From a virus, in IMG/VR virus record IMGVR_UViG_3300027754_005796, positions 1 to 64,000 of that record: DNA of 64,000 bases; one strand, written 5' to 3'. The translations under genes and the position numbers were made by a program. A model generated the notes under the pieces. It was not told the DNA's origin. It did no database searches and saw nothing but the letters and a program-made list of their open reading frames with translations. Shown one piece after another: positions 9,418 to 18,472 of this stretch. Position 1 is the first letter of the stretch. Every line of letters begins with the position of its first letter.

Positions 9418-9532
9418 ATTTAGACGGCATAGTTCCCCGCCTTATTGTTAATCCTACCTATCTATAAAATAATTAATCGGTGAAAATGTTATATCGGATT
9501 GCTGTAAAGTTTTGCGGGGTGCTGTTCTAAAT
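9418..9532 (+). ncRNA. Candidate rod-shaped structured RNA element
   Basis: ATTTAG/CTAAAT, ACGGCA/TGCTGT, CCCCGC/GCGGGG, AATCC/GGATT and TATAA/TTATA nested helices. Confidence 0.4.
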
Positions 9533-9539
9533 AGGTTAT

Positions 9540-9920
9540 ATGAGATTTAGAGATTATCTAACACAAAGAGTTTTGGCTTTGGGAGACAAGAACTGGTACG
9601 GCAATTATTGCGGACCCGGACCTGCTTTGTCTAAGCCAGATTGCAACAAGCTTCTTCGTGGCGATCCTTTGCCTCCAGCAAAGGATGGTGTCGATGATGC
9701 TTGCAGAGTTCATGATATCGATTATTGTTTGGCTGGAAAAGACTGGCGTGCAGCCTTGCCGTTACGCCTTTTCAGAAACCCTGACACAGTAAGTGCAGAT
9801 CAAAAGTTTATCAAAAAAATTAATTTTTTGTTTCAAAATTCCAAGCTTTCTCGTGAAGCTGAAGTGGCAGCAAAATTGATTTTGTTATATTTTAACAAGG
9901 TTACGCCTAAATCCGATTAG
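9540..9920 (+). CDS. Phospholipase A2-like protein
   Basis: YGNYCGPG Ca-binding loop and DDACRVHDIDY catalytic HD motif, as in sPLA2 and parvoviral PLA2. Confidence 0.75.
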   Translation: MRFRDYLTQRVLALGDKNWYGNYCGPGPALSKPDCNKLLRGDPLPPAKDGVDDACRVHDIDYCLAGKDWRAALPLRLFRNPDTVSADQKFIKKINFLFQNSKLSREAEVAAKLILLYFNKVTPKSD

Positions 9921-9937
9921 TTATGATCCTTGAGCCA

Positions 9938-9974
9938 AGAAAACCCCCCTGACTTTAGTCGGGGGAGGATGTCA
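9938..9974 (+). mobile_element. IS200/IS605-family end remnant (subterminal hairpin)
   Basis: AACCCCCCTGACTTTAGTCGGGGGAGGATGTCA resembles the hairpin plus GATGTCA right end of tnpB-bearing elements; no tnpA/tnpB nearby. Confidence 0.55.
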
Positions 9975-10030
9975 TTTTGACTTTTTTGTGTTATTGTGTT
10001 CTCTAGTGCAAAAAAAAGAGAGAACAACAA

Positions 10031-11557
10031 ATGCGTGAGTTAACTCCCGAAGAGCAAGCCAAACTTGAGGCCATGACTGATCCCGAAGTCGTCAAGCCTA
10101 AGTTTGGTTGGGATGATACATTTCAAAGAAAATTGTTAGGAATGCTGCTCACGGACCAATATATGCTGGTCCAAGCTATGGACAAAATAGAACCTGCTTA
10201 TTTCAGCAATGAAGTCCACATCTTGATTTGTAAAATATTGTTGAAATATTTCAATGAAAGAAAAGCTCTTCCAGAAAAGTGGATTTTGATTCAGGAGTTG
10301 AATGAGCAGATCAAAGAAAGAGATAAGACGGTCCAGCTTCACTATCTCGCTGAATTGAACGCAGTCTATGATTATTTTGTTCCGGGTGTTGAAACTCGTG
10401 AATATTTGATTGATAAAGTCACATATTTTGCAAAGGTTCAGGCGGTAAAGCTGGCTTTCCACACAAGTCTTGAAAAAATGCAGGAAGCTCCTGAAGATGA
10501 AAAGACATGGTCTTTTGTTTACGAAAAAATGCGACAGGCCATGATGATTGACCGAAGTTATGAACCCGGATTGGAATATTTCATAAATATTGATGAAATG
10601 TTCCGGCGAATGGATGATGTTTTTATTGGCAAAGATAGATTTACATCCGGTTTTCCATCCATAGACAACGCACTTACTGGTGGGGGGATGTTTGCAGGTC
10701 AGATTGCCAGTTGGATCGGTCTTCCCGGTACTGGCAAGTCGTTGGCTCTTGTGAAAGCTGCTGTGCAGAATGTCCTCTTGGGACATAAAGTGTTGTACAT
10801 AACTTTGGAAATGGATGAATTAGGCATCACACAGCGTTTTACATCTCAATTTGCCAAGCTTGACATCAACAATCTGCGTGGTGTTAAAGATACGGTCATA
10901 CGAACAATCGAGGAATTCAAAAAGGACAAAGAAGACCCTAACCTTTTGCATGTCAAACAGTTTCCCGGTGGTTCTATTGATGTGAATGGCATTCGTGCCT
11001 ACATGGCTCAATTGGAATTGCGTGGCTGGAAACCAAACCTTTTTGTTTTGGATTATGTTGGCGAAATGAAAGATGATCCAAATTTGAAGAAATACGAATC
11101 GGCATACAAAATTCTGCGTGATCTCAGAGGTTTTGCCGTAGAAAAGCAACATTGCATTTTTACTTGTGTCCAGCCGAATGCTAGTGCTGCAAAGCTTGAA
11201 ATTGGCCAGTATATTGATGAAAGCAACATTGGCACATCTTTCGATCAGTTCAAGCCGTTGGATGCATTTTGGAGCATTAATCAGCAAGTATTGGAAAAGG
11301 ACGCAGAAGTAGGAAGGGTTTTTGTTATTAAGCACCGTAATGGTCGTTCACGGTTTCCTTTCAAAATCTCTTTTGATTACAAGCTGGGCACATTGGATAT
11401 GTTTGAAATAAGCAAGGATAGATATCGTGAAGCCATGAATCTGGTTCAGGAGAAAAAGGCATCTGAGATTTCTCTTGATAATGTTGAAGCCCCTGCGAAA
11501 AAGGGCAGAAGCAAAAAGCCATTTAAGGGCGATGATATTGAAACCTACGAAGCTTAG
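10031..11557 (+). CDS. Replicative DnaB/T4 gp41-like helicase
   Basis: Walker A GLPGTGKS, YITLEM, LFVLDY, IKHRNG. Confidence 0.9.
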   Translation: MRELTPEEQAKLEAMTDPEVVKPKFGWDDTFQRKLLGMLLTDQYMLVQAMDKIEPAYFSNEVHILICKILLKYFNERKALPEKWILIQELNEQIKERDKTVQLHYLAELNAVYDYFVPGVETREYLIDKVTYFAKVQAVKLAFHTSLEKMQEAPEDEKTWSFVYEKMRQAMMIDRSYEPGLEYFINIDEMFRRMDDVFIGKDRFTSGFPSIDNALTGGGMFAGQIASWIGLPGTGKSLALVKAAVQNVLLGHKVLYITLEMDELGITQRFTSQFAKLDINNLRGVKDTVIRTIEEFKKDKEDPNLLHVKQFPGGSIDVNGIRAYMAQLELRGWKPNLFVLDYVGEMKDDPNLKKYESAYKILRDLRGFAVEKQHCIFTCVQPNASAAKLEIGQYIDESNIGTSFDQFKPLDAFWSINQQVLEKDAEVGRVFVIKHRNGRSRFPFKISFDYKLGTLDMFEISKDRYREAMNLVQEKKASEISLDNVEAPAKKGRSKKPFKGDDIETYEA

Positions 11558-11570
11558 AATGAGGTGAATT

Positions 11571-11741
11571 ATGAAATTTCAAGTTTATGAGATTATTTTG
11601 AATGAGTATGTCCAACACCCCACCCAAAGATTGTTGGGAGAGGTTGAGGCCAAGTCTGCCCAAGAAGCTAATCAAGTGATTCGCTTGCAACATCCCAATA
11701 GAGGTCCGCTTTTAATTAATGGTCAGCAGTTTGACAATTAA
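11571..11741 (+). CDS. Small hypothetical protein (56 aa, not in ORF track)
   Basis: GAGGTG SD; MKFQVYEIILNEYVQHPTQRLLGEVEAKSAQEA...; fills the gap between helicase and next gene. Confidence 0.6.
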   Translation: MKFQVYEIILNEYVQHPTQRLLGEVEAKSAQEANQVIRLQHPNRGPLLINGQQFDN

Positions 11742-11752
11742 GGAGATGAATC

Positions 11753-12235
11753 ATGGCTAGTGATGCTCCGGTTGAAAAGGTTGTAGTGGAAGTTCGAGGC
11801 AAGAAAATCGTCCTTGATTCAGCTAACATGGAGTACAACGAAGTCAACTTGCCTGAATATATGTCCAAAGAATATGGTTGGATCGATTACTTAGGCAAAC
11901 AACTTGAGTATGCGCAAAAGGATGTTTTGGATGCCGACATCGACTCTGATGCTCTATACAGCCTGAAATTTATTGAGGCAAAAGACGGTGGCAACAGCGA
12001 TAATTACTCCAAGGCATTTGCTACGGCGAATGTCGATTTTGTCGCCTCAAAGAAAAGGTTGAACGAGAAGAAAGAAGTTGTTGGACACATTAAAGCTCAT
12101 TTGAAGGCATGGGACAAAAACCATGATAATGCTCAAAATCGTGGACACACCATTCGTGCCGAGATGAAGTCCCTGAATCGTGACATCTACGAGGACGCTC
12201 CTAAAACCTGCGTGGCAGAAGACTATCTTCGTTAA
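11753..12235 (+). CDS. UvsY-like recombination mediator (putative)
   Basis: 160-aa helical protein next to the helicase; size and C-terminal pattern resemble UvsY. Confidence 0.45.
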   Translation: MASDAPVEKVVVEVRGKKIVLDSANMEYNEVNLPEYMSKEYGWIDYLGKQLEYAQKDVLDADIDSDALYSLKFIEAKDGGNSDNYSKAFATANVDFVASKKRLNEKKEVVGHIKAHLKAWDKNHDNAQNRGHTIRAEMKSLNRDIYEDAPKTCVAEDYLR

Positions 12236-12247
12236 AATAGGAAGGTC

Positions 12248-12871
12248 ATGGTAGACCCAACCAAGATAACTAACTACAACCTCGACCAGCATCAGTTGGA
12301 AGAGGTCGTTTTGTTTTGGGTATGTGCAGCGGGGAAAAACGGCGTGACCGCAGCACGCTCCTTAAATAATTTTCTTTCTCGCATATTGAATAGTTCTCCT
12401 TTTGAAGTTATCAGACGGACAGAGAATCTCGCACAAACTATGAAAAACGCAGGTATAGGCTGCTACAACAACAAAGCTAAAACATTCGCATCTTTGGCTA
12501 ATTCGGGATTAAATTTAAAAACTTGCACAGTTGATGATTTGGAAAACATTTCCGGTATCGGCCCCAAAACAGCAAGATGTTTTTTGATACACAGTCGTCC
12601 CAATCAGAATCTTGCCGGTCTCGATACGCATATTTTGTCATTTATGCGTGACTGTGGAATCAATACTCCAAAGTCAACTCCTACGGCAAGAAAATATAAA
12701 GTTTTGGAAAAAATATTTTTACAAATTGTGAAAATGTCCAAAAAATCTGCTGCTGATCTTGATTTGCTTATTTGGAATGTTTATTCTGGTCGTAGGCAAG
12801 ATAGAATTGCTATTGAGTTTATTGATAAAATTAAACTTGATGTTACCAAGGGGTTGAAAATTTATGATTAA
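12248..12871 (+). CDS. HhH-GPD DNA glycosylase/AP lyase (Ogg or endonuclease III-like)
   Basis: HhH LENISGIGPKTARCFL with catalytic K; LDTHIL with catalytic D; no Fe-S Cys cluster. Confidence 0.8.
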   Translation: MVDPTKITNYNLDQHQLEEVVLFWVCAAGKNGVTAARSLNNFLSRILNSSPFEVIRRTENLAQTMKNAGIGCYNNKAKTFASLANSGLNLKTCTVDDLENISGIGPKTARCFLIHSRPNQNLAGLDTHILSFMRDCGINTPKSTPTARKYKVLEKIFLQIVKMSKKSAADLDLLIWNVYSGRRQDRIAIEFIDKIKLDVTKGLKIYD

Positions 12872-13367
12872 ATCATCTGTGCGGTGGTGTCTTAACAACG
12901 ATATTGATCGAATGCTGGAAATTGAAAAACTAAGTTTTGCTTGTCCTTGGGATCGTCAAGATTTCATCACCTGTCTTGCCAAAAAAGACCACAATGGTGT
13001 TGTTGTTGAACGAACTAAAAAAGTAGTCGGTTATATGATGTTTCAAATGTGTGACGAAAAGTTTAAAATTGTCAACATAGCAATTGACCCACAGTACAGA
13101 TTGCAAGGATATGGAAAAAATTTAATTTATTATTTGCAAAAAAGATTGAACGACGAAAGCGCTTTGAGCAAGAAGAAAATAGAACACATAGCTAGTGATC
13201 GCAACTTAGATTTTCACTTATTCAGTAAGTGTGTTGGCTTTGAAGCCATCAAAATAGTTTCAGCTTATTTTGGACCAAACCATGATGGTTATCATTTTGT
13301 TTTAAACTATGAAACTGCATATGTTTCAAAATTAGCGAAGAAAAAAAACGCCAAAACCAAGAGGTAG
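12864..13367 (+). CDS. RimI-like GNAT acetyltransferase
   Basis: LEIEKLSFACPW, NIAIDPQYRLQGYG acetyl-CoA motif. Confidence 0.8.
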   Translation: MIKSSVRWCLNNDIDRMLEIEKLSFACPWDRQDFITCLAKKDHNGVVVERTKKVVGYMMFQMCDEKFKIVNIAIDPQYRLQGYGKNLIYYLQKRLNDESALSKKKIEHIASDRNLDFHLFSKCVGFEAIKIVSAYFGPNHDGYHFVLNYETAYVSKLAKKKNAKTKR

Positions 13368-13371
13368 GGCA

Positions 13372-13803
13372 ATGAATTGGGACTTTTGGCTACTCGGTCT
13401 TGCAAAATACATTTCCACAGCTTCAAAAGACCCATCAACCAAGGTTGGTGCGGTTATCGTCGATGAAGATAGAAGAGTTGTTTCTTTAGGCTACAACGGT
13501 TTGCCCAGAGGTGTTGAAGATAGTCAAGACCGATTAACCAATCGTGACTTAAAATATAAGTTAATTGTTCACGCTGAACGAAATGCGTTGCTTTTTGCTC
13601 GTGGTTCAATTAAAGGTTGTGCAATTTATACTTATCCTATGTTGCCATGTGCTGTTTGCGCCTCGATGGTGATACAATCTGGTATTAAAAAAGTTGTTGC
13701 TCCAGTTAGTGACAATCCACGCTGGCAGGAAGACATCACACTCTCTATACAATTGTTTGGAGAAGCAGGGGTGCAAGTTGAACTTATTGAAGGCTTTGAA
13801 TGA
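13372..13803 (+). CDS. dCMP deaminase
   Basis: SKDPSTKVGAVI, GYNGLPRG, HAE, PCAVC zinc motifs. Confidence 0.92.
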   Translation: MNWDFWLLGLAKYISTASKDPSTKVGAVIVDEDRRVVSLGYNGLPRGVEDSQDRLTNRDLKYKLIVHAERNALLFARGSIKGCAIYTYPMLPCAVCASMVIQSGIKKVVAPVSDNPRWQEDITLSIQLFGEAGVQVELIEGFE

Positions 13804-14528
13804 TGAACATAGAGCAAGTTAAAAAATACATTGACATGCAGTTATATTATTATGTAGCTGAGTATGAAAATTGGACGGTATCTAATAGAAATCCTGTTGT
13901 TGGAAAATTTGATGATCACAACAACTGGAAGACATACGATACTTGCCTTTGGCGTGATGTTGATTTTGAAACACATCGAAGTTGTTTGGAGTATGGTTGC
14001 GGTCCAGCCAGAAACATAGTTGGATTTAATCGTTATTTTGATCGTTTTGACGGCGTGGACTTGTGTCAAAGAGCAGTAGAAAACGCCAGAAGATGGATAG
14101 AAGTCAACGGGTGCGACCAAGAAAAAACTAAACTTTATGTCAATAATGGATATGATTTAAGCCAAATACCAGACAGTTCATATGATGTGGTAATGTCAAC
14201 CATAGTGTTGCAACATATTTGCGTACATGATATAAGGTCGAATTTGTTCAAGGAGTTTTTCAGGGTGTTGAAGCCCAATGGCATGATAACCTTGCAGATG
14301 TCTTATGGAGCGAGAAGAAATTCGTTTGATTATTACGAAAATTTTTATGATGCCACGACCACCAATGGCTGTGCCGATGTCTTTGTTGATAATCCTTCGC
14401 AATTAGAAAATGATTTGTTGCCTTTGGGTTTTCAAGATTTTCGACATTATTTGACTGTACCGGGACCGGGAGATTATTCATCTCATTGGATATTTTTCAA
14501 TGCGACGAAACCGGCCAGCGTTGCGTAG
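13800..14528 (+). CDS. Class I SAM-dependent methyltransferase
   Basis: LEYGCGPAR motif I; YDVVMSTIVLQHI; FFRVLKPNG. Confidence 0.85.
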   Translation: MMNIEQVKKYIDMQLYYYVAEYENWTVSNRNPVVGKFDDHNNWKTYDTCLWRDVDFETHRSCLEYGCGPARNIVGFNRYFDRFDGVDLCQRAVENARRWIEVNGCDQEKTKLYVNNGYDLSQIPDSSYDVVMSTIVLQHICVHDIRSNLFKEFFRVLKPNGMITLQMSYGARRNSFDYYENFYDATTTNGCADVFVDNPSQLENDLLPLGFQDFRHYLTVPGPGDYSSHWIFFNATKPASVA

Positions 14529-15489
14529 CTTTAAAAAACCCTTCAATTATATTTTCTGTCGTTAATTCTTTCATGCAGGGTTTTTGCAGTTCTGAACTTT
14601 TTGGACAATTTGACATAAAATAACAAGGTCCACAATCCCAATCGCCATTATCTCTGTGCTTTTGCACAAGTACGAAATCATAGTATTTGCCGTAGAGTTT
14701 TCCATCTGTAAAAGAAAAAATACCTACAAGCGGTTTCTTTAAACCTGCTGCTAAATGAAATGTAGCTGTGTCAACTGATATTACATAATCTGATGCAGCA
14801 GTAAGTCCAATCCAGTCCTTGGTTTTTTCTCTAAGGAATTGATGGATACCCAATTCCTTCAAAATGGTTTTTTCACGATCACTAGTGTTGAAAACAAAAT
14901 AACCCAAATACTTAAGGGTTTGTGCCGTTTCTATAATTTGTTTTTCCGTAAGACTTTTTCCGGTTCCAAAATCACATGTGGTTGAATATGGTTGAAACAA
15001 TACTGTTGGTAATTTTTTGGTATTTAAAGAGCATAGTCTTTGTTTGTTTCGCTGTTCATCTTCGGGTTTGTAGGACAAATACATATTGTGATTTTCAAGT
15101 TTAATTCCACAAAATTCAGCCCATATGTCACTTCGGTTTTTGTCGTTTTCTGAACCGTACTTGCATTCATGTACTCGACAACATGTTGTGATATCGTAAA
15201 CTATTCCATAGTTTCGATCAACAAAATCGTCGAGACATACAGCTTCTGAGAATGGATGGTTTTCAGCAAATTCGATGTAGTGTTGAGGGCATGTGAAAGT
15301 AATTTGCAGATCGGGATCAGCTTTTTGCATGTCTTCAAATAACATGCGCTGCACTAAAATATCGCCATGTCCTCCTCCTCTTCTTTTTACGGCGATTTTG
15401 TTTCTTCGCAGGTAGTGTTCACGAAGCGTTATTGGCGATAAAGGTTTTTTTTTGATCAATTTCAACATACATAAATTGTCCTTGATCAC
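14497..15489 (-). CDS. GT9 (ADP-heptose:LPS heptosyltransferase-like) glycosyltransferase
   Basis: GGHGDI N-terminal motif; VISVDTATFHLAAGLKKPLVGIF. Confidence 0.8.
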   Translation of the reverse strand: MIKDNLCMLKLIKKKPLSPITLREHYLRRNKIAVKRRGGGHGDILVQRMLFEDMQKADPDLQITFTCPQHYIEFAENHPFSEAVCLDDFVDRNYGIVYDITTCCRVHECKYGSENDKNRSDIWAEFCGIKLENHNMYLSYKPEDEQRNKQRLCSLNTKKLPTVLFQPYSTTCDFGTGKSLTEKQIIETAQTLKYLGYFVFNTSDREKTILKELGIHQFLREKTKDWIGLTAASDYVISVDTATFHLAAGLKKPLVGIFSFTDGKLYGKYYDFVLVQKHRDNGDWDCGPCYFMSNCPKSSELQKPCMKELTTENIIEGFFKATQRWPVSSH

Positions 15490-15647
15490 CTCACATAATG
15501 TCAGAACATTATAAGATTCCGACTGTCTGCGTGGATGTTTGATTCTTTGTTCTGAACGGAGTTATTTGTTACGCAGGATTGCGATGCTTGTAGGCAGCGA
15601 TCAGACATATGCCCAAAAGAGAAATCAATCTCTGGCAAGGATAAAAG

Positions 15648-15673
15648 AAGCCAGAGTGTGTAGCTCTGGCTTC
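15648..15673. terminator. Probable bidirectional intrinsic terminator
   Basis: GAAGCCAGAG-tgtgtag-CTCTGGCTTC with A/T tracts on both sides. Confidence 0.65.
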
Positions 15674-15823
15674 AATTTTTGCGCCGAGTTCCTTTTATTT
15701 CAAATTTGATCCAACCCACGATTCGATATATGGCATCAAATAAAATCATCGCAACTAGCGCCAAAAGCTCTTTGTAGCGACTTGAATTTTTTTCTGTCTT
15801 GTATATTGTGTCACGCCACATGA

Positions 15824-16948
15824 TTAATCCAATATGTTTTTAGCCTTAGTAATTGCAGAGGCTATGGTTTGATCGATATCCAAATATTTATATTCACCAA
15901 GCCTACCACCGAAAGTCACATCTTTTTGATTTTGCTTTAGATCAAGATACTTGTTGTAAATGCTACTATTTTGTTCATCTCTGATCGGATAGTATGGTTC
16001 TGGATGATCTTTGAATTTGACTGGAATATCGTAAGATACGACAGTTGGTGTTTGTTCAACTTCTCTTGAATTATAGTGTTTTTCAAGTCTGTGGTCAAAG
16101 AAGTGTTTGTGTTCAATCGTGCGAATATATGGAGTGTTCATATCAACATGGTTAATCACCGCATTGCCTTGGAAATCGCCTTTTAATTCACGATGTTCAA
16201 ATCTAAGAGTGTTGTATTCTAATTCTCCATGACAATAATTGTAAAATTTATCCACGGGGCCTGTGTAAACTAGGTGTTTAGCTACCTTTCTCCAATCATC
16301 TATTTCAAAAAAGTCCTGTCCTAGTTCGACTTGGATTCCATCCAGCATATTCTCTACGGTTTTTCCGTGGCCCTCACGAGGCATGGCTTGGTATTTCGTT
16401 GTGAAATAATTTTCTTCGTAAGTGAGGCGTATTGGCAATCTTTGAATAATTGATGCTGGCAACTCAGAAGGTTCTTTCATCCATTGTTTTTTGGTATAAC
16501 CGTAAAAGAATAATTCGTAGAGTTCTTTGCCAACACGGTCAAGAATCCATTCTTCAAAATTTCTTGGTTTTTCGCAAGGAATGCGTCTTTTTTGTAGTTC
16601 ATCGAAAGCTTCTTGAGGTGTAACCACACCCCACAATTGATGAAGAGTCATCAAATTGATTGGGAATGAATAAATTTTGTTGTTTGAAAGGACTTTGGGC
16701 TTGTTGATGAATGGGTCCATCGTTGCAAATTTGTTCATGAAATCCCACACCTCTTCACTTTGTGTGTGAAAAATGTGTGCCCCGTATTGTCCGACGATAA
16801 CCCCATTACTCCATTTACGGTCGTAAGCTGCTCCAGCGGTGTGTGATAATTTATCGATTACAAGACAGGATTTACCTGCTTCTTTAACTTTTTGTGCAAA
16901 TGTAGCACCGAAAAAACCCGCCCCCACAATCAAGAAATCGTATTTCAT
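15824..16948 (-). CDS. glf: UDP-galactopyranose mutase
   Basis: YDFLIVGAGFFG FAD motif, YGAHIFHT, YTKKQW, RTIEHKHF, EPYYPI, GRLGEYKYLD. Confidence 0.95.
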   Translation of the reverse strand: MKYDFLIVGAGFFGATFAQKVKEAGKSCLVIDKLSHTAGAAYDRKWSNGVIVGQYGAHIFHTQSEEVWDFMNKFATMDPFINKPKVLSNNKIYSFPINLMTLHQLWGVVTPQEAFDELQKRRIPCEKPRNFEEWILDRVGKELYELFFYGYTKKQWMKEPSELPASIIQRLPIRLTYEENYFTTKYQAMPREGHGKTVENMLDGIQVELGQDFFEIDDWRKVAKHLVYTGPVDKFYNYCHGELEYNTLRFEHRELKGDFQGNAVINHVDMNTPYIRTIEHKHFFDHRLEKHYNSREVEQTPTVVSYDIPVKFKDHPEPYYPIRDEQNSSIYNKYLDLKQNQKDVTFGGRLGEYKYLDIDQTIASAITKAKNILD

Positions 16949-17781
16949 TATCGGTCCTGTAAACTAGCTATGTATTTGGACAAGTGTTGATCACATTTTT
17001 CTTTTTCGTTAGACCATCCATATTTATAACAGTCTTTGTTACCTAGAAAATCCAACACCCAAAAATCAGTTTCTTCTCTCATTCGGTAGCCCCAAGCAGC
17101 AAGTGTCGGCAATCTGCACGCTATACCCCACATTGCAGCCCAACTATCACAGGAAACCACTAAATCGCATCGATACAGAAGGTATGCAACAGATTGCAAC
17201 ATAGACCATTTTCCGCACTTATTTATTATTTTTTCCTCGTATTTAGGGTCAAAAGTTACATGATAAGGGTCGTTTTTTTCCCCGATCATCACAATCTTGT
17301 AGTCTTTTGACAAAAGGGTTTCCAAGCATTCGTTCCAAACTGGAATATATTCGTTAATATTTGCAGATGGTTTGAACTTTAAGCTTATTGGTTGAAACAG
17401 AGCGATTTTGCCTCTTAAATCAAAGTCGTCTGGAATAAAATTGTAAAGTGCCAAATATTTTCGGATGTCTATGAAGTCGCATCCGAATTTTGGCTCTTCT
17501 ATTTTACAACAATGTTTTTTGCTGTAAGCCATTCCGTTTTCTTTGCTATAGTCATAATCAAAGCAAATTTCTTTGACAAAACTGCAATTTTCAAGAATTT
17601 TGATTGCGTTTGGATTGGCTTCGTACTCTAATAAAGGGAAGTTTCTTGTGCGAAATTTTTGACTAACATGAACAATTACATCGGAGTGATTCCCGGCAAT
17701 CATTCCAGCAAATGCTCTGCATAGGCCAATAGCCATATCGCCTATAGCGCCAGTTTCCATAAACATATGCAGCGTGGACAT
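16948..17781 (-). CDS. GT9-like glycosyltransferase
   Basis: GAIGD N-terminal motif; VVSCDSWAAMWGIACRLPTL. Confidence 0.6.
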   Translation of the reverse strand: MSTLHMFMETGAIGDMAIGLCRAFAGMIAGNHSDVIVHVSQKFRTRNFPLLEYEANPNAIKILENCSFVKEICFDYDYSKENGMAYSKKHCCKIEEPKFGCDFIDIRKYLALYNFIPDDFDLRGKIALFQPISLKFKPSANINEYIPVWNECLETLLSKDYKIVMIGEKNDPYHVTFDPKYEEKIINKCGKWSMLQSVAYLLYRCDLVVSCDSWAAMWGIACRLPTLAAWGYRMREETDFWVLDFLGNKDCYKYGWSNEKEKCDQHLSKYIASLQDR

Positions 17782-18424
17782 AAATTATTCTATGATGGAA
17801 AAAATTGAACTACAAACCCTGAAAGAAAAAATTGATGACAATCTCAGACAGCAGGTCGTTGGTGGTCGCACTCTGCTAGACAGATTTTGTGTGATTGAAG
17901 ATGAGTCACGCAAAACTCCAGCTTATGCTGATCCAACTTATTCTGGTTTCTATTACCATCTTGGCAAGCAACTTCAGCCTCTAACTGTTTTGGAAATAGG
18001 CTTTGATTTGGGTTTGCTTTCTGGAAGTTTTTTTATTTCTAATAAAACAGCGAACACATTTCTTGGGTTTCGTGAAAAGTCCAAGGAATTTGCAAGCGTT
18101 CGTCTGGGACGGCAGAATATTAAAAAAGTGATGAAGGGCCAGCGAGATTTTTACATTGGGGCATTGTACGATGAAGCTTTCGACAAGCTATTCAGTATTT
18201 GTCAATGGGATATGGTCATACTTACGGATGAGGCAAAATATGACAAAAACTTGGAATATCTTGATTTTGTATGGTCGCAAATTAGTCCGCAGGGGATAAT
18301 TGTTTGTGAGTATCTTTCAAGAACCCCTGCTGTAAAGGATGCTTTTTTTGCTTTTTGTGAAAATAAATCAAGGGAATATGTAACATTTAAGACAAGATAT
18401 CAAACTGGATTAGTGCAAAAATAA
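17774..18424 (+). CDS. Methyltransferase-like protein
   Basis: VLEIGFDLG motif-I-like; ISPQGIIV. Confidence 0.5.
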   Translation: MDINYSMMEKIELQTLKEKIDDNLRQQVVGGRTLLDRFCVIEDESRKTPAYADPTYSGFYYHLGKQLQPLTVLEIGFDLGLLSGSFFISNKTANTFLGFREKSKEFASVRLGRQNIKKVMKGQRDFYIGALYDEAFDKLFSICQWDMVILTDEAKYDKNLEYLDFVWSQISPQGIIVCEYLSRTPAVKDAFFAFCENKSREYVTFKTRYQTGLVQK

Positions 18425-18472
18425 ATTCTTAAACTATTTTAGATTAACAATTATTGTTTAACGGAGGAGATC

